Positions 16,239 to 23,621 of a stretch of DNA of 36,487 nt are shown one piece after another (the first letter of the stretch is position 1; every line of letters begins with the position of its first letter). This DNA comes from Candidatus Zambryskibacteria bacterium CG11_big_fil_rev_8_21_14_0_20_42_18 (GTDB taxonomy: Bacteria > Patescibacteriota > Minisyncoccia > Phycocordibacterales > Zambryskibacteraceae). The stretch lies in contig PCVB01000007.1 of NCBI GenBank assembly GCA_002787855.1, positions 1-36,487 on the forward strand, written 5' to 3'. The notes beneath the pieces are model-generated. The model searched no databases. It saw only the letters and a list, made by a program, of their open reading frames with translations, and was not told the DNA's origin. The position numbers were made by a program, and so were the translations under genes.

Positions 16239-16242
16239 CCTA

Positions 16243-17661
16243 TTAGAGATTTTTAAACTCCTCGTCTGCTTTGCCATAGTTTGAATAATCTATCTCGACA
16301 AAGGTGTTAAAGCGGGTGTGATAGTCGAGGGTGGCAGTACCCAAAGGTCCATTTCTATGTTTGGCGATGATGAGCTCCTTCCTTTGGACCTCCTTCATCT
16401 TGCCACTGTCATCGCGGATATCGTCCTCATTGGAGTGGATAAACATGACCAGGTCGGCATCTTGTTCAATAGAACCCGAATCTCGAAGGTCAGAGAGTTT
16501 GGGTTTGCCACCACGAGTCTCAATGGCTCTAGAAAGCTGTGAGAGGGCTATTACGGGGATATTGAGCTCACGGGCAAGGTGTTTGAGGGAACGAGAAATC
16601 TCTGTAACCTGTTGAACCAAGGAGTCATTGGTGCGCGCGCTCGAAGGGGCCATGAGCTGTAGATAATCAACGATTAGAAGCTTAAGTCCCTTCTCAATCT
16701 TAAGTTTGCGAGCCGCTGAACGCATTTTCATAATAGTGTTTCCGGGCTGGTCATCTATATAAATAGGGGTGCGAGAGAGTTCATCGAGAGCGTCACGAAC
16801 ATTTTTGAAAACATCATCACGCCAAGTCCCTTTTTGAGTGCGAATACCTTTCCTTATGACAGACGAATCGGTGCGTGACTGAGCAGCCACGATACGATCA
16901 ACAAGCTGGTCTGCGCTCATCTCAAGAGAAAAGATGCCCACAGGGGTTTGATGAACACTGGCGGTTCTCCTTGCAATATCGAGAGCCAAAGCGGTCTTGC
17001 CCACAGAGGGGCGAGCGGCAATGATGATGAGATCGGAGTTTTGAAATCCTCCCAAAATATCATCAAGAGATTTGAAGCCGGTTGGAACTCCGCGAAGTTC
17101 ATGCTCGGCTGAAGAAAGTTTTTCAAAACGCTCGAAGGCTTCGTGGAGAAGGGGAAGTAGATCTCTAAAGCGCGCGCTCCCAGCAAAGCGTTCAGTGATA
17201 TCGAAAACTTTTTTCTCTGCATGGTCAAGAATTTCTTCAAGTTCACCGGCCTCATTAAAACCAAGATGCGAAAGAAATTCCGATGCTTCGATAAGTTGAC
17301 GCATCATATACTTCTTCATTACTATCTCGGCATAGTGCTTGGCGTTGGCAGAAGAGGGAACAGCCGAAGAAAGTTCTGCCAGATATGTAGCCCCACCGAC
17401 ACGTTCAAGCAAATCTTTTTCCTTCATTCTCGAAGAAAGAGAGAGGATGTCTATCGGTTGATGCTTGCCGAAAAGTTCGAGCATCGTTTCAAAAACTGTT
17501 TTATGCTTCTCAAAATAGAAGGAGGCGGGTGTTACAATGTCGAGCACCTCATAAATGGCATCTGGACGAAGCATGATAGACCCAAGAAGAGCCATCTCGG
17601 CCTCTAGACTATGTGGTGGGATACGTAAGCCCGTTCTCTCGTCTAAAGAAGTAACCTGCAT
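16243..17661 (-). CDS. dnaB: replicative DNA helicase DnaB
   Basis: 472 aa. PPHSLEAEMALLGSIM, GFKSLDDILGGFQNSDLIIIAARPSVGKTALALDIA and the LLIVDYLQLM Walker B region. The length leaves no room for an intein. Confidence 0.95.
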   Translation of the reverse strand: MQVTSLDERTGLRIPPHSLEAEMALLGSIMLRPDAIYEVLDIVTPASFYFEKHKTVFETMLELFGKHQPIDILSLSSRMKEKDLLERVGGATYLAELSSAVPSSANAKHYAEIVMKKYMMRQLIEASEFLSHLGFNEAGELEEILDHAEKKVFDITERFAGSARFRDLLPLLHEAFERFEKLSSAEHELRGVPTGFKSLDDILGGFQNSDLIIIAARPSVGKTALALDIARRTASVHQTPVGIFSLEMSADQLVDRIVAAQSRTDSSVIRKGIRTQKGTWRDDVFKNVRDALDELSRTPIYIDDQPGNTIMKMRSAARKLKIEKGLKLLIVDYLQLMAPSSARTNDSLVQQVTEISRSLKHLARELNIPVIALSQLSRAIETRGGKPKLSDLRDSGSIEQDADLVMFIHSNEDDIRDDSGKMKEVQRKELIIAKHRNGPLGTATLDYHTRFNTFVEIDYSNYGKADEEFKNL

Positions 17662-17718
17662 AGCCCCATGCTACCAGTCAGGAGGCATTTCGCAAAGCGA
17701 GAAATTGGGGGAAAACTA

Positions 17719-18069
17719 GTGTGTAAGCTGGGGAGAAGATACTTAAAGGCAATTCTAGTTCTGTGCGCAGTTTTACTGTCCGCAATCGCCGCTAGTTGCA
17801 TGACCAAGGAAGAATACGAGGCGACTATTTACCTCAAGCCGGTGGTCAACGACTGGGTTCCCTACGATACCGTTGAGGTCGTAGAGCAAGTCAAGAAGAT
17901 TAATGGACTCGAGATTGCACGAGTAATTGTCAGGCGCGGTGACGGCTATCTATTCTCTGCGATGGTCATCCCCGTTCGCTATATCCCCGTTGGCTCAACG
18001 GTCAAGATCGTGGAGGTGCGGTACAGGAATGATCCACACATAGAGGCGTGGTTTCTGATGGTGCTATGA
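17719..18069 (+). CDS. orphan small secreted/lipoprotein-like protein
   Basis: GTG 17719 is preceded by GGGGGA at a 7-nt spacing. The signal-like N-terminus KLGRRYLKAILVLCAVLLSAIAASC ends in a lipobox-like Cys. The alternative ATG 17668 would add 17 aa. No recognisable family. Confidence 0.5.
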   Translation: MCKLGRRYLKAILVLCAVLLSAIAASCMTKEEYEATIYLKPVVNDWVPYDTVEVVEQVKKINGLEIARVIVRRGDGYLFSAMVIPVRYIPVGSTVKIVEVRYRNDPHIEAWFLMVL

Positions 18070-18084
18070 GCATCTCTGTTCTCG

Positions 18085-18121
18085 GGCTCCCATTCATTTG
18101 CGTGGGGGCCTTTTGTTTTTT
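18085..18121 (+). terminator. rho-independent terminator after the orphan gene
   Basis: Stem GGCTCCCA/TGGGGGCC (one G-U pair), 10-nt loop, then TTTTGTTTTTT. Confidence 0.7.
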
Positions 18122-18157
18122 AGACTTGAACCATAAATAATGTGAAGTGAAAGTATA

Positions 18158-19549
18158 TTATGATTTAGAAATTTTCTGACCTGAAGGAGTGTCTTCAACT
18201 ATAAAACCGAGTTTTTTAATTTTTTCTCTAAGCTCATCTGCCTTTGAGTAGTCATTGGCTACACGAGCTTTATCACGCTCATTCATCAGCTTGGCCACGT
18301 CTTCTGGAATATCCTTAACCTCATACTCATTGTGTTCGAGATCCAAACCTAGTACCTTGTCAAATTCCAGAAGGGTAGCACGCTTATTCTCATCTGAAAC
18401 ATTAGAGTCTTTAACAAGCTTCCAAACTATAGCGATCGCCTCCGGAGTGTTGAGATCATTTTCTAAAGTCTCTTCAAATTCTTTCTTATACCCACCCTCT
18501 ATTCCACCATTCGCACGAATTAGACCAGCAAATATCTCTTTGAGTTTTCGGTAAGCGTTTTCGGCTGCTTCCAGAGCTTCCCAACTAAAATTAGTTGGGG
18601 TTCGGTAGTGAGAGAGAAGAAGGAAATAGCGATAGGCAAGTGGAGAGAAACCCTTTTGAATCAGATTTTGCAACGTGAGAATCTCTCCTTTACTTTTAGC
18701 CATCTTTTCGCCTGTAATATTCAGAAGCCATTCGTTATGAAGCCAGTAGTTGGCAAGTGTAGTGCCGAAGGCTCCTTCCGACTGGGCGATTTCATTATTG
18801 TGATGGATGGCAATATGCTCGATACCGCCGGTATGGATGTCAAATGGTTGTCCCAATAATTCCCTAGACATCGCCGAACATTCTATGTGCCAACCAGGGA
18901 AACCCCGACCCCACTTCGAGGCAAAGCCCATCTTATCGTCGTAAGACAACTTCCAGAGGACAAAATCTCGAGGATTTCTCTTTTGGTCTTCCGCCCCAAC
19001 CACTCTTGACCGGCTTTCATCAATTGGGGTAAGACCACCAAGTTTGCCATAGTCTTCGAGCTTAGAAGTATCAAAATAGATGCCATCCGGAAGTGAATAG
19101 GCGAAGCCTTTCTGCTCAAGCGCCTCGACGAGCGCCATCTCGGCGGCGAGATATTCCGTAGCGCGCGGAAAATATTGCGGCATCTCAATATTAAGAGCTT
19201 TCAAGTCTTCTTTAAAAGTTCCTTCGTATTTATCGGCAAGCTTTTTCAAACCATTAAGTGTAAGCGGCAGGCCTTCGCGCTTAAGACCCTTGACCATTTT
19301 GTCATCGCCGGTATCAGCATCTGATGTCAAATGTCCGATGTCGGTGATGTTGACTACCTGAGTCACCTCTGATCCGAGGTATTCAAAAGTGCGGCGCAGA
19401 GTGTCGGCGAAGACATACGAACGTAGGTTACCTATATGGGCGTAGTCGTAGACAGTCGGGCCACAGTGATACATTCCGACGTGGCCTCGCTTAATCGGCT
19501 TAAATTCCTCGAGGGAATTAGAGAGGGTGTTGTGAAGTTTGATAGCCAC
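18158..19549 (-). CDS. cysS: cysteine--tRNA ligase
   Basis: MYHCGPTVYDYAHIGNLR (HIGH region), GWHIECS, KMAKSKG (KMSKS). GTG start. Confidence 0.95.
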   Translation of the reverse strand: MAIKLHNTLSNSLEEFKPIKRGHVGMYHCGPTVYDYAHIGNLRSYVFADTLRRTFEYLGSEVTQVVNITDIGHLTSDADTGDDKMVKGLKREGLPLTLNGLKKLADKYEGTFKEDLKALNIEMPQYFPRATEYLAAEMALVEALEQKGFAYSLPDGIYFDTSKLEDYGKLGGLTPIDESRSRVVGAEDQKRNPRDFVLWKLSYDDKMGFASKWGRGFPGWHIECSAMSRELLGQPFDIHTGGIEHIAIHHNNEIAQSEGAFGTTLANYWLHNEWLLNITGEKMAKSKGEILTLQNLIQKGFSPLAYRYFLLLSHYRTPTNFSWEALEAAENAYRKLKEIFAGLIRANGGIEGGYKKEFEETLENDLNTPEAIAIVWKLVKDSNVSDENKRATLLEFDKVLGLDLEHNEYEVKDIPEDVAKLMNERDKARVANDYSKADELREKIKKLGFIVEDTPSGQKISKS

Positions 19550-19555
19550 AACTTC

Positions 19556-19580
19556 ATTATAACAGGAAAGGTGTTATAAT
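19556..19580. promoter_or_regulatory. back-to-back extended -10 elements for divergent cysS and ctp
   Basis: Minus strand: cTGtTATAAT (hexamer 19561-19556)-gaagtt-GTG 19549. Plus strand: gTGtTATAAT (hexamer 19575-19580)-cttgtga-ATG 19588. Confidence 0.55.
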
Positions 19581-19587
19581 CTTGTGA

Positions 19588-20808
19588 ATGGAATTTTTAA
19601 GGAAACACGCCGCTCTTCTGTTGCTTGGGACGATTATCGCCATAAGCTTTTACAGTTTCGGTTTTAATTCAGGAGAAAAGAGTCTTTCTACGTCAGTAGT
19701 TGGTATAGAAAATACCATGGAAGGTCAACCACTCAATGTTGACTTTGCCCCATTCTGGAAAGCCTGGAATCTCATCAATGAGAAATACGTACCAGCAAGC
19801 ACTACCCTCAAAACAGTAGACAATCAACAAAAGGTCTGGGGGGCTATCCAAGGACTCACGGGCGCGCTCGGAGACCCTTACACAGTCTTTTTCCCACCTA
19901 TCGAATCGAAACTTTTCGAAGCAGATATCCGAGGAAATTTTGAAGGTGTTGGTATGGAGATACTTGCGCAAGAAGGGGCGATAGTAGTCATAGCGCCATT
20001 AAAAGAATCCCCGGCAGAAAGAGCCGGTATTGTCGCTGGTGATCGAATTATTAAAATCAACGGCCAGGAAACAAGTAGTCTCTCCACCGAGGATGCCGTA
20101 CAACTTATCCGTGGCAAGAAAGGCACTACCGTTACCTTCACTGTTTTTAGAAACGAGGTAGATGAGTCGTTTGAAGTTAAAGTGGTGCGCGACGTTATTG
20201 ATATTCCAACCATTAACACGCGGGAATTACCGGGAGGTATTTTTGTTATCGAGCTTTACAATTTCTCTGCTCAATCACCTAATCTCTTTAGAGCTGCCCT
20301 GCGAGAATTTATCACATCAAAAAACGATAAGCTAATACTTGACCTGCGAAATAACCCCGGAGGCTTTTTGGAAGCAGCCATAGATATGGCCAGTTGGTTC
20401 CTACCCTCTAGCAAGGTGGTGGTCAGAGAAGACTTTGGAAAAGAGCATGAAGAGAAGATTTACAGGAGCAAGGGCTACGATATTTTTACTGATAACCTAA
20501 AATTTGTAATACTCGTAGACGGCGGGTCTGCCTCGGCTTCAGAAATATTGGCTGGAGCGCTAGCGGAACATGGCAGAGCCAGACTAGTGGGAGGAAAAAC
20601 CTTTGGCAAGGGTTCTGTCCAAGAACTAGTCGATATCACGTCGGAAACTTCTCTCAAAATTACTATTGCTCGTTGGCTCACTCCGAACGGTGTTTCTATC
20701 TCTCAAAATGGTATCGAACCAGAATTCCCTGTGGAATATACTCTCGAAGATAGAAAAGCCGGGCGCGATCCTCAATTTGAAAAAGCCGTGGAAATAGTTA
20801 AACAATAA
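19588..20808 (+). CDS. S41 family C-terminal processing peptidase (Ctp/Prc-like) with PDZ domain
   Basis: N-terminal TM helix. PDZ segment [23 protein letters not shown] and [15 protein letters not shown]. Confidence 0.9.
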   Translation: MEFLRKHAALLLLGTIIAISFYSFGFNSGEKSLSTSVVGIENTMEGQPLNVDFAPFWKAWNLINEKYVPASTTLKTVDNQQKVWGAIQGLTGALGDPYTVFFPPIESKLFEADIRGNFEGVGMEILAQEGAIVVIAPLKESPAERAGIVAGDRIIKINGQETSSLSTEDAVQLIRGKKGTTVTFTVFRNEVDESFEVKVVRDVIDIPTINTRELPGGIFVIELYNFSAQSPNLFRAALREFITSKNDKLILDLRNNPGGFLEAAIDMASWFLPSSKVVVREDFGKEHEEKIYRSKGYDIFTDNLKFVILVDGGSASASEILAGALAEHGRARLVGGKTFGKGSVQELVDITSETSLKITIARWLTPNGVSISQNGIEPEFPVEYTLEDRKAGRDPQFEKAVEIVKQ

Positions 20809-20819
20809 ACAAACAAAAA

Positions 20820-21086
20820 ATGAAAGTAATTTTACTCAAAGACGTAAAAGGGGTAGGGAAGAGGTTTGAGGAGAAAAAGGTTTCTGATGGATACGCTTCC
20901 AATTTCCTTATCCCCAGAGACCTAGCCATTATGGCAGATACGGCAGGGGTGACCAAAGTGAAACAGCTCAAAGAACAGGAAGGGGTCAAAAGAGTTGTTG
21001 AGGAGCAAAAAATAAATGAAAAGGAGTCCAAGCGACTTGAGAAACACTTAGAACTAGAGAAGTTTAGGAGGGAACAACATTCATAA
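20820..21086 (+). CDS. rplI: 50S ribosomal protein L9, N-terminal domain plus helix only (C-terminal globular domain absent)
   Basis: [36 protein letters not shown] is a canonical L9 N-domain. The protein ends at 88 aa after a charged helix. Confidence 0.8.
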   Translation: MKVILLKDVKGVGKRFEEKKVSDGYASNFLIPRDLAIMADTAGVTKVKQLKEQEGVKRVVEEQKINEKESKRLEKHLELEKFRREQHS

Positions 21087-21342
21087 CCTTCTTTTTGATA
21101 ACACTATTGTCAAAATGAACTTTACGTTTATAGGTCAAAGAGACTAGACCATTTTTGTCTGCAAAGAGAGTATGGTCCTTGCCCATTGATACATTTTTTC
21201 CTGGGAGGATATCAGTGCCACGTTGACGTACCAAAATAGACCCAACTTGAATAAGGGAGCCTGGCGCGACCTTGATTCCGAGATATTTTGGGTTTGAGTC
21301 TCGGCCGTTTTTAGTTGTACCTGCTGATTTTTTATGTGCCAT
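21064..21342 (-). CDS. rpmA: 50S ribosomal protein L27
   Basis: [25 protein letters not shown]...[10 protein letters not shown]...[13 protein letters not shown]. Confidence 0.95.
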   Translation of the reverse strand: MAHKKSAGTTKNGRDSNPKYLGIKVAPGSLIQVGSILVRQRGTDILPGKNVSMGKDHTLFADKNGLVSLTYKRKVHFDNSVIKKKVMNVVPS

Positions 21343-21371
21343 ACTTGTTTACCCCGAGCTTGTCGAGGGGG

Positions 21372-21377
21372 TATAAT
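21372..21377 (+). promoter_or_regulatory. -10 element TATAAT 8 nt upstream of ATG 21386
   Basis: gggggTATAATtaagccttATG. Confidence 0.45.
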
Positions 21378-21385
21378 TAAGCCTT

Positions 21386-21820
21386 ATGAATATACCAGAA
21401 ACGTTTTCCTATGACAAGGAGGGGAAGGTAGAGCGTTTTCCTTTATTCAAAAAACTTTTCCTCTCTGCCACCATTATTCTCGTAGCCAGCCTTTCCTTTG
21501 GCATTGGTCGACTGTCAGTAGTGGGGGATAGGGAGCCTATAAAAATTGAGTACGACGAACAACTAATAACGGACAACCGACAACCGACAACAAGTACAAG
21601 CCAGACAGCGACAGTCATAAATACGACCGAGAAGAAGCTTGCCCCACCAAGTGTTAGTAGCGACGGCGGAGTGGTCGTCTCTAAAAACGGTATTCGTTAT
21701 CATTATCTGCATTGTTCTGGAGCCAAACAGATAAAAGAAGAGAATAAAATATTTTTTGCCACACCTGAAGCGGCCGAAGCGGCTGGTTATAGTCTCGCTG
21801 CCAATTGTTCACCTAAATGA
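21386..21820 (+). CDS. bitopic membrane protein with small C-terminal His/Cys module (Ada-Zn-binding-like / YH..C...F.....A...GY....C pattern)
   Basis: TM helix LFLSATIILVASLSFGIG, a Thr/Ser-rich linker, then SKNGIRYHYLHCSGAKQIKEENKIFFATPEAAEAAGYSLAANC. Confidence 0.55.
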   Translation: MNIPETFSYDKEGKVERFPLFKKLFLSATIILVASLSFGIGRLSVVGDREPIKIEYDEQLITDNRQPTTSTSQTATVINTTEKKLAPPSVSSDGGVVVSKNGIRYHYLHCSGAKQIKEENKIFFATPEAAEAAGYSLAANCSPK

Positions 21821-21822
21821 GG

Positions 21823-21831
21823 TGTGGATAA
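21823..21831 (+). promoter_or_regulatory. perfect DnaA-box 9-mer (TGTGGATAA)
   Basis: Exact reverse complement of TTATCCACA. Starts 3 nt after the stop codon at 21818-21820 and is followed by an AT-rich stretch. Confidence 0.35.
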
Positions 21832-21899
21832 GTTAAGTAAATGTTAGATTATATGGCTCTATTAAGCTATATATTACTTGTATTTAGACCATCAAATCC

Positions 21900-21928
21900 T
21901 TGACTTCCTAATCTGAATCTGCTATTAT
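21900..21928 (+). promoter_or_regulatory. near-consensus sigma70-type promoter (TTGACT-17-TATTAT)
   Basis: -35 TTGACT at 21900-21905, a 17-nt spacer, and -10 TATTAT at 21923-21928. Confidence 0.6.
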
Positions 21929-21935
21929 AGTGGTA

Positions 21936-21961
21936 AGTCAGCTGGTGCTGGCTTTTCATTT
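21936..21961 (+). terminator. terminator/attenuator-like hairpin inside the leader of the lysozyme-like gene
   Basis: Stem AGTCAGC/GCTGGCT (7 bp, one G-U pair), loop TGGT, then TTTCATTT. Confidence 0.4.
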
Positions 21962-22044
21962 AGGGGAGCCCTTACGGATACAGATACCTAAAATTAGAAG
22001 TTTATCTTACTGTTATTTTACAGCTTACGACTTTTAGTCTTCTG

Positions 22045-22506
22045 TTGAGCCTCTCATCTTCGGCCGTTGCTGTATTACCTGCGATCCCATCGCTCGTAAT
22101 GCCTACGATTGAAGGGGGGGTACAGGCAGAATCATTACCCAAAGAAGTAAGAGCAGAAGACTATCAACCGATTACAGATTCAAAGAATATCGAAAGATTC
22201 GTTAATGATTATTTCGCCGATATTCCAATCCTCGCTGAGATTGCAAAATGTGAGTCACGTTACCGACACTATAATTCAAAAGGTAACATTCTGAAAGGAG
22301 AGGAAAACAGCTACGACAGAGGAGTGATGCAGATTAACCTCTCGTATCACGCTAAAACTGCAGAGAAACTTGGTCTAGATATCCAAAATCTCGATGATAA
22401 CGTCAAATATGCTCGCTATCTATATGAGAAACAGGGTGCTAAGCCTTGGATGTCCTCTTCAGCTTGTTGGGCAAAGTTTAATCAATCTGAAATCGCTAAG
22501 AGATAA
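22045..22506 (+). CDS. secreted lysozyme-like / transglycosylase-like (SLT- or Rpf-like) peptidoglycan hydrolase
   Basis: LAEIAKCESRYRHY...YDRGVMQIN...KYARYLY...G.KPW fits the catalytic-Glu CES plus G.MQI pattern of the lysozyme superfamily. The only canonical start is TTG 22045. Confidence 0.6.
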   Translation: MSLSSSAVAVLPAIPSLVMPTIEGGVQAESLPKEVRAEDYQPITDSKNIERFVNDYFADIPILAEIAKCESRYRHYNSKGNILKGEENSYDRGVMQINLSYHAKTAEKLGLDIQNLDDNVKYARYLYEKQGAKPWMSSSACWAKFNQSEIAKR

Positions 22507-22530
22507 AATCTCTTAAACTAAAATCTAAAT

Positions 22531-22563
22531 AAACAAACCCCCGCCAATGGCGGGGGGTTGTTT
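22531..22563. terminator. bidirectional rho-independent terminator between convergent genes
   Basis: AAACAAA-CCCCCGCC-aat-GGCGGGGG-g-TTGTTT. The right arm overlaps the xerC-like stop codon. Confidence 0.85.
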
Positions 22564-23527
22564 ATTTATCTTCCGCGCTACCACCACCATGAAATTTCTC
22601 ATGGATATCCCTGAGACGTTTGTTGGTAACGTGAGTATAAATTTGAGTGGTGGCAACATTTTTGTGACCCAAAAGTTCTTGAACACTACGCAAATCCGCC
22701 CCATGAGAGAGAAGATCGGTGGCGTAGCTATGGCGCAAGGTGTGAGGGGTAACTTTTTTAGAGAGACCGGCTAACATGGCGCACTTAGAAATCATTGACT
22801 GTATATGGCGCGCCGAGAGGCGACTATTGTCTTCATCTTTGGCGCGGAAGTTGATAAAGAGAGGTTTATAGACATCGCGCCTAGCCTTAAGATACTTGCG
22901 TAACCAAACTGCTGACCGGGGGGAGATGAAGACTGTGCGCACATGCTTGCCCTTACCCACAATTGATAGCTCGTAGGTCTTATTGAGACTTTTATCATTA
23001 AGAAACGAGAGTTGATCCACATTAAGCGAAAGAAGCTCTGAAATGCGCATACCGGATGAAAAGAAAAGTTCCATGATCGCCTTGTCTCGCAAACCGTTTA
23101 TAATTGAGACATCAGGAACTTCTAGCATCTTTTCAATATCAAGCACCTCAAGAAAAGAAATAGTTTCTTCTGTTTTCTGTTTGGCTAATTTGATCTTCGA
23201 AGAGGGAAGCGATTCGATGTCTTGTTCGGCAAAATAATTTAAAAGCGCCCGAAGAGCTATAAGATAGTAGTTTTGCGACTTTTTGCCCAAATACTTACCA
23301 TTGGGAGTCTTATACTCACGGGCTAGGTACAACCGGTAGTCCCATATGTGTTTGGCAGTTAGTTCATTAGGTTTGAGTTTGCTATTATCAGTCTTTTTGA
23401 GCCAACCTATAAAGAGCAGGAGATACTGCCTATAGTTTTTTTGAGTATTGTTTGACAACCCTTTCTCTATTTCGCAGTAATCTAAAAAAGGAAGAAGGTG
23501 TTCAATGATGGGTGGGGTATTGGGCAT
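22562..23527 (-). CDS. xerC: tyrosine site-specific recombinase, XerC/XerD type
   Basis: N-terminal SAM-like core-binding domain (KNYRQYLLLFIGWL). GMRISEL, HTLRHSYATDLL, LGHKNVATTQIYTHV. Start set at ATG 23527 (MPNTPP). Confidence 0.88.
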   Translation of the reverse strand: MPNTPPIIEHLLPFLDYCEIEKGLSNNTQKNYRQYLLLFIGWLKKTDNSKLKPNELTAKHIWDYRLYLAREYKTPNGKYLGKKSQNYYLIALRALLNYFAEQDIESLPSSKIKLAKQKTEETISFLEVLDIEKMLEVPDVSIINGLRDKAIMELFFSSGMRISELLSLNVDQLSFLNDKSLNKTYELSIVGKGKHVRTVFISPRSAVWLRKYLKARRDVYKPLFINFRAKDEDNSRLSARHIQSMISKCAMLAGLSKKVTPHTLRHSYATDLLSHGADLRSVQELLGHKNVATTQIYTHVTNKRLRDIHEKFHGGGSAEDK

Positions 23528-23534
23528 GTTTAAT

Positions 23535-23543
23535 ATTATAACA
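23535..23543 (-). promoter_or_regulatory. extended -10 TGtTATAAT 7 nt upstream of the xerC-like ATG
   Basis: The minus strand reads ggTGTTATAAT-attaaac-ATG 23527. Confidence 0.5.
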
Positions 23544-23574
23544 CCTTCGCACAATATATGTAAAACGAACGAAA

Positions 23575-23583
23575 TGTGGATAA
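23575..23583 (+). promoter_or_regulatory. perfect DnaA-box 9-mer (TGTGGATAA) in the xerC-murF divergent intergenic region
   Basis: Exact match. Ends 26 nt upstream of the murF -10 hexamer. Confidence 0.35.
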
Positions 23584-23609
23584 CAAAGGCTAACCACTTC
23601 CCCGTCATA

Positions 23610-23615
23610 TATAAT
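23610..23615 (+). promoter_or_regulatory. -10 element TATAAT 6 nt upstream of the murF ATG
   Basis: catatTATAAT-aagctg-ATG 23622. Confidence 0.5.
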
Positions 23616-23621
23616 AAGCTG

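Noticed and set aside
17668-17718. ATG 17668 as the start of the orphan gene.
   Set aside because: It would add a 17-aa basic stretch before the signal-like segment, and it begins 7 nt from the divergent dnaB start. GTG 17719 has an SD-like GGGGGA at proper spacing. This is not excluded, only less likely.
21908-21990. Possible c-di-AMP (ydaO-type) riboswitch. TAATCTGAATC, GTCAGCT and GGGGAGCCC resemble conserved strings I recall from that RNA, which is known upstream of cell-wall hydrolase genes.
   Set aside because: The order and spacing of the strings do not match the pseudo-twofold ydaO layout. The segment is too short. Part of it lies in the spacer of the best promoter. Only an Infernal scan could revive this idea.
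22547-22774. 75-aa plus-strand ORF at the terminator and xerC 3' end, and 64-76-aa ORFs inside xerC.
   Set aside because: They overlap the well-supported recombinase gene. The first starts inside the terminator hairpin. No motifs.
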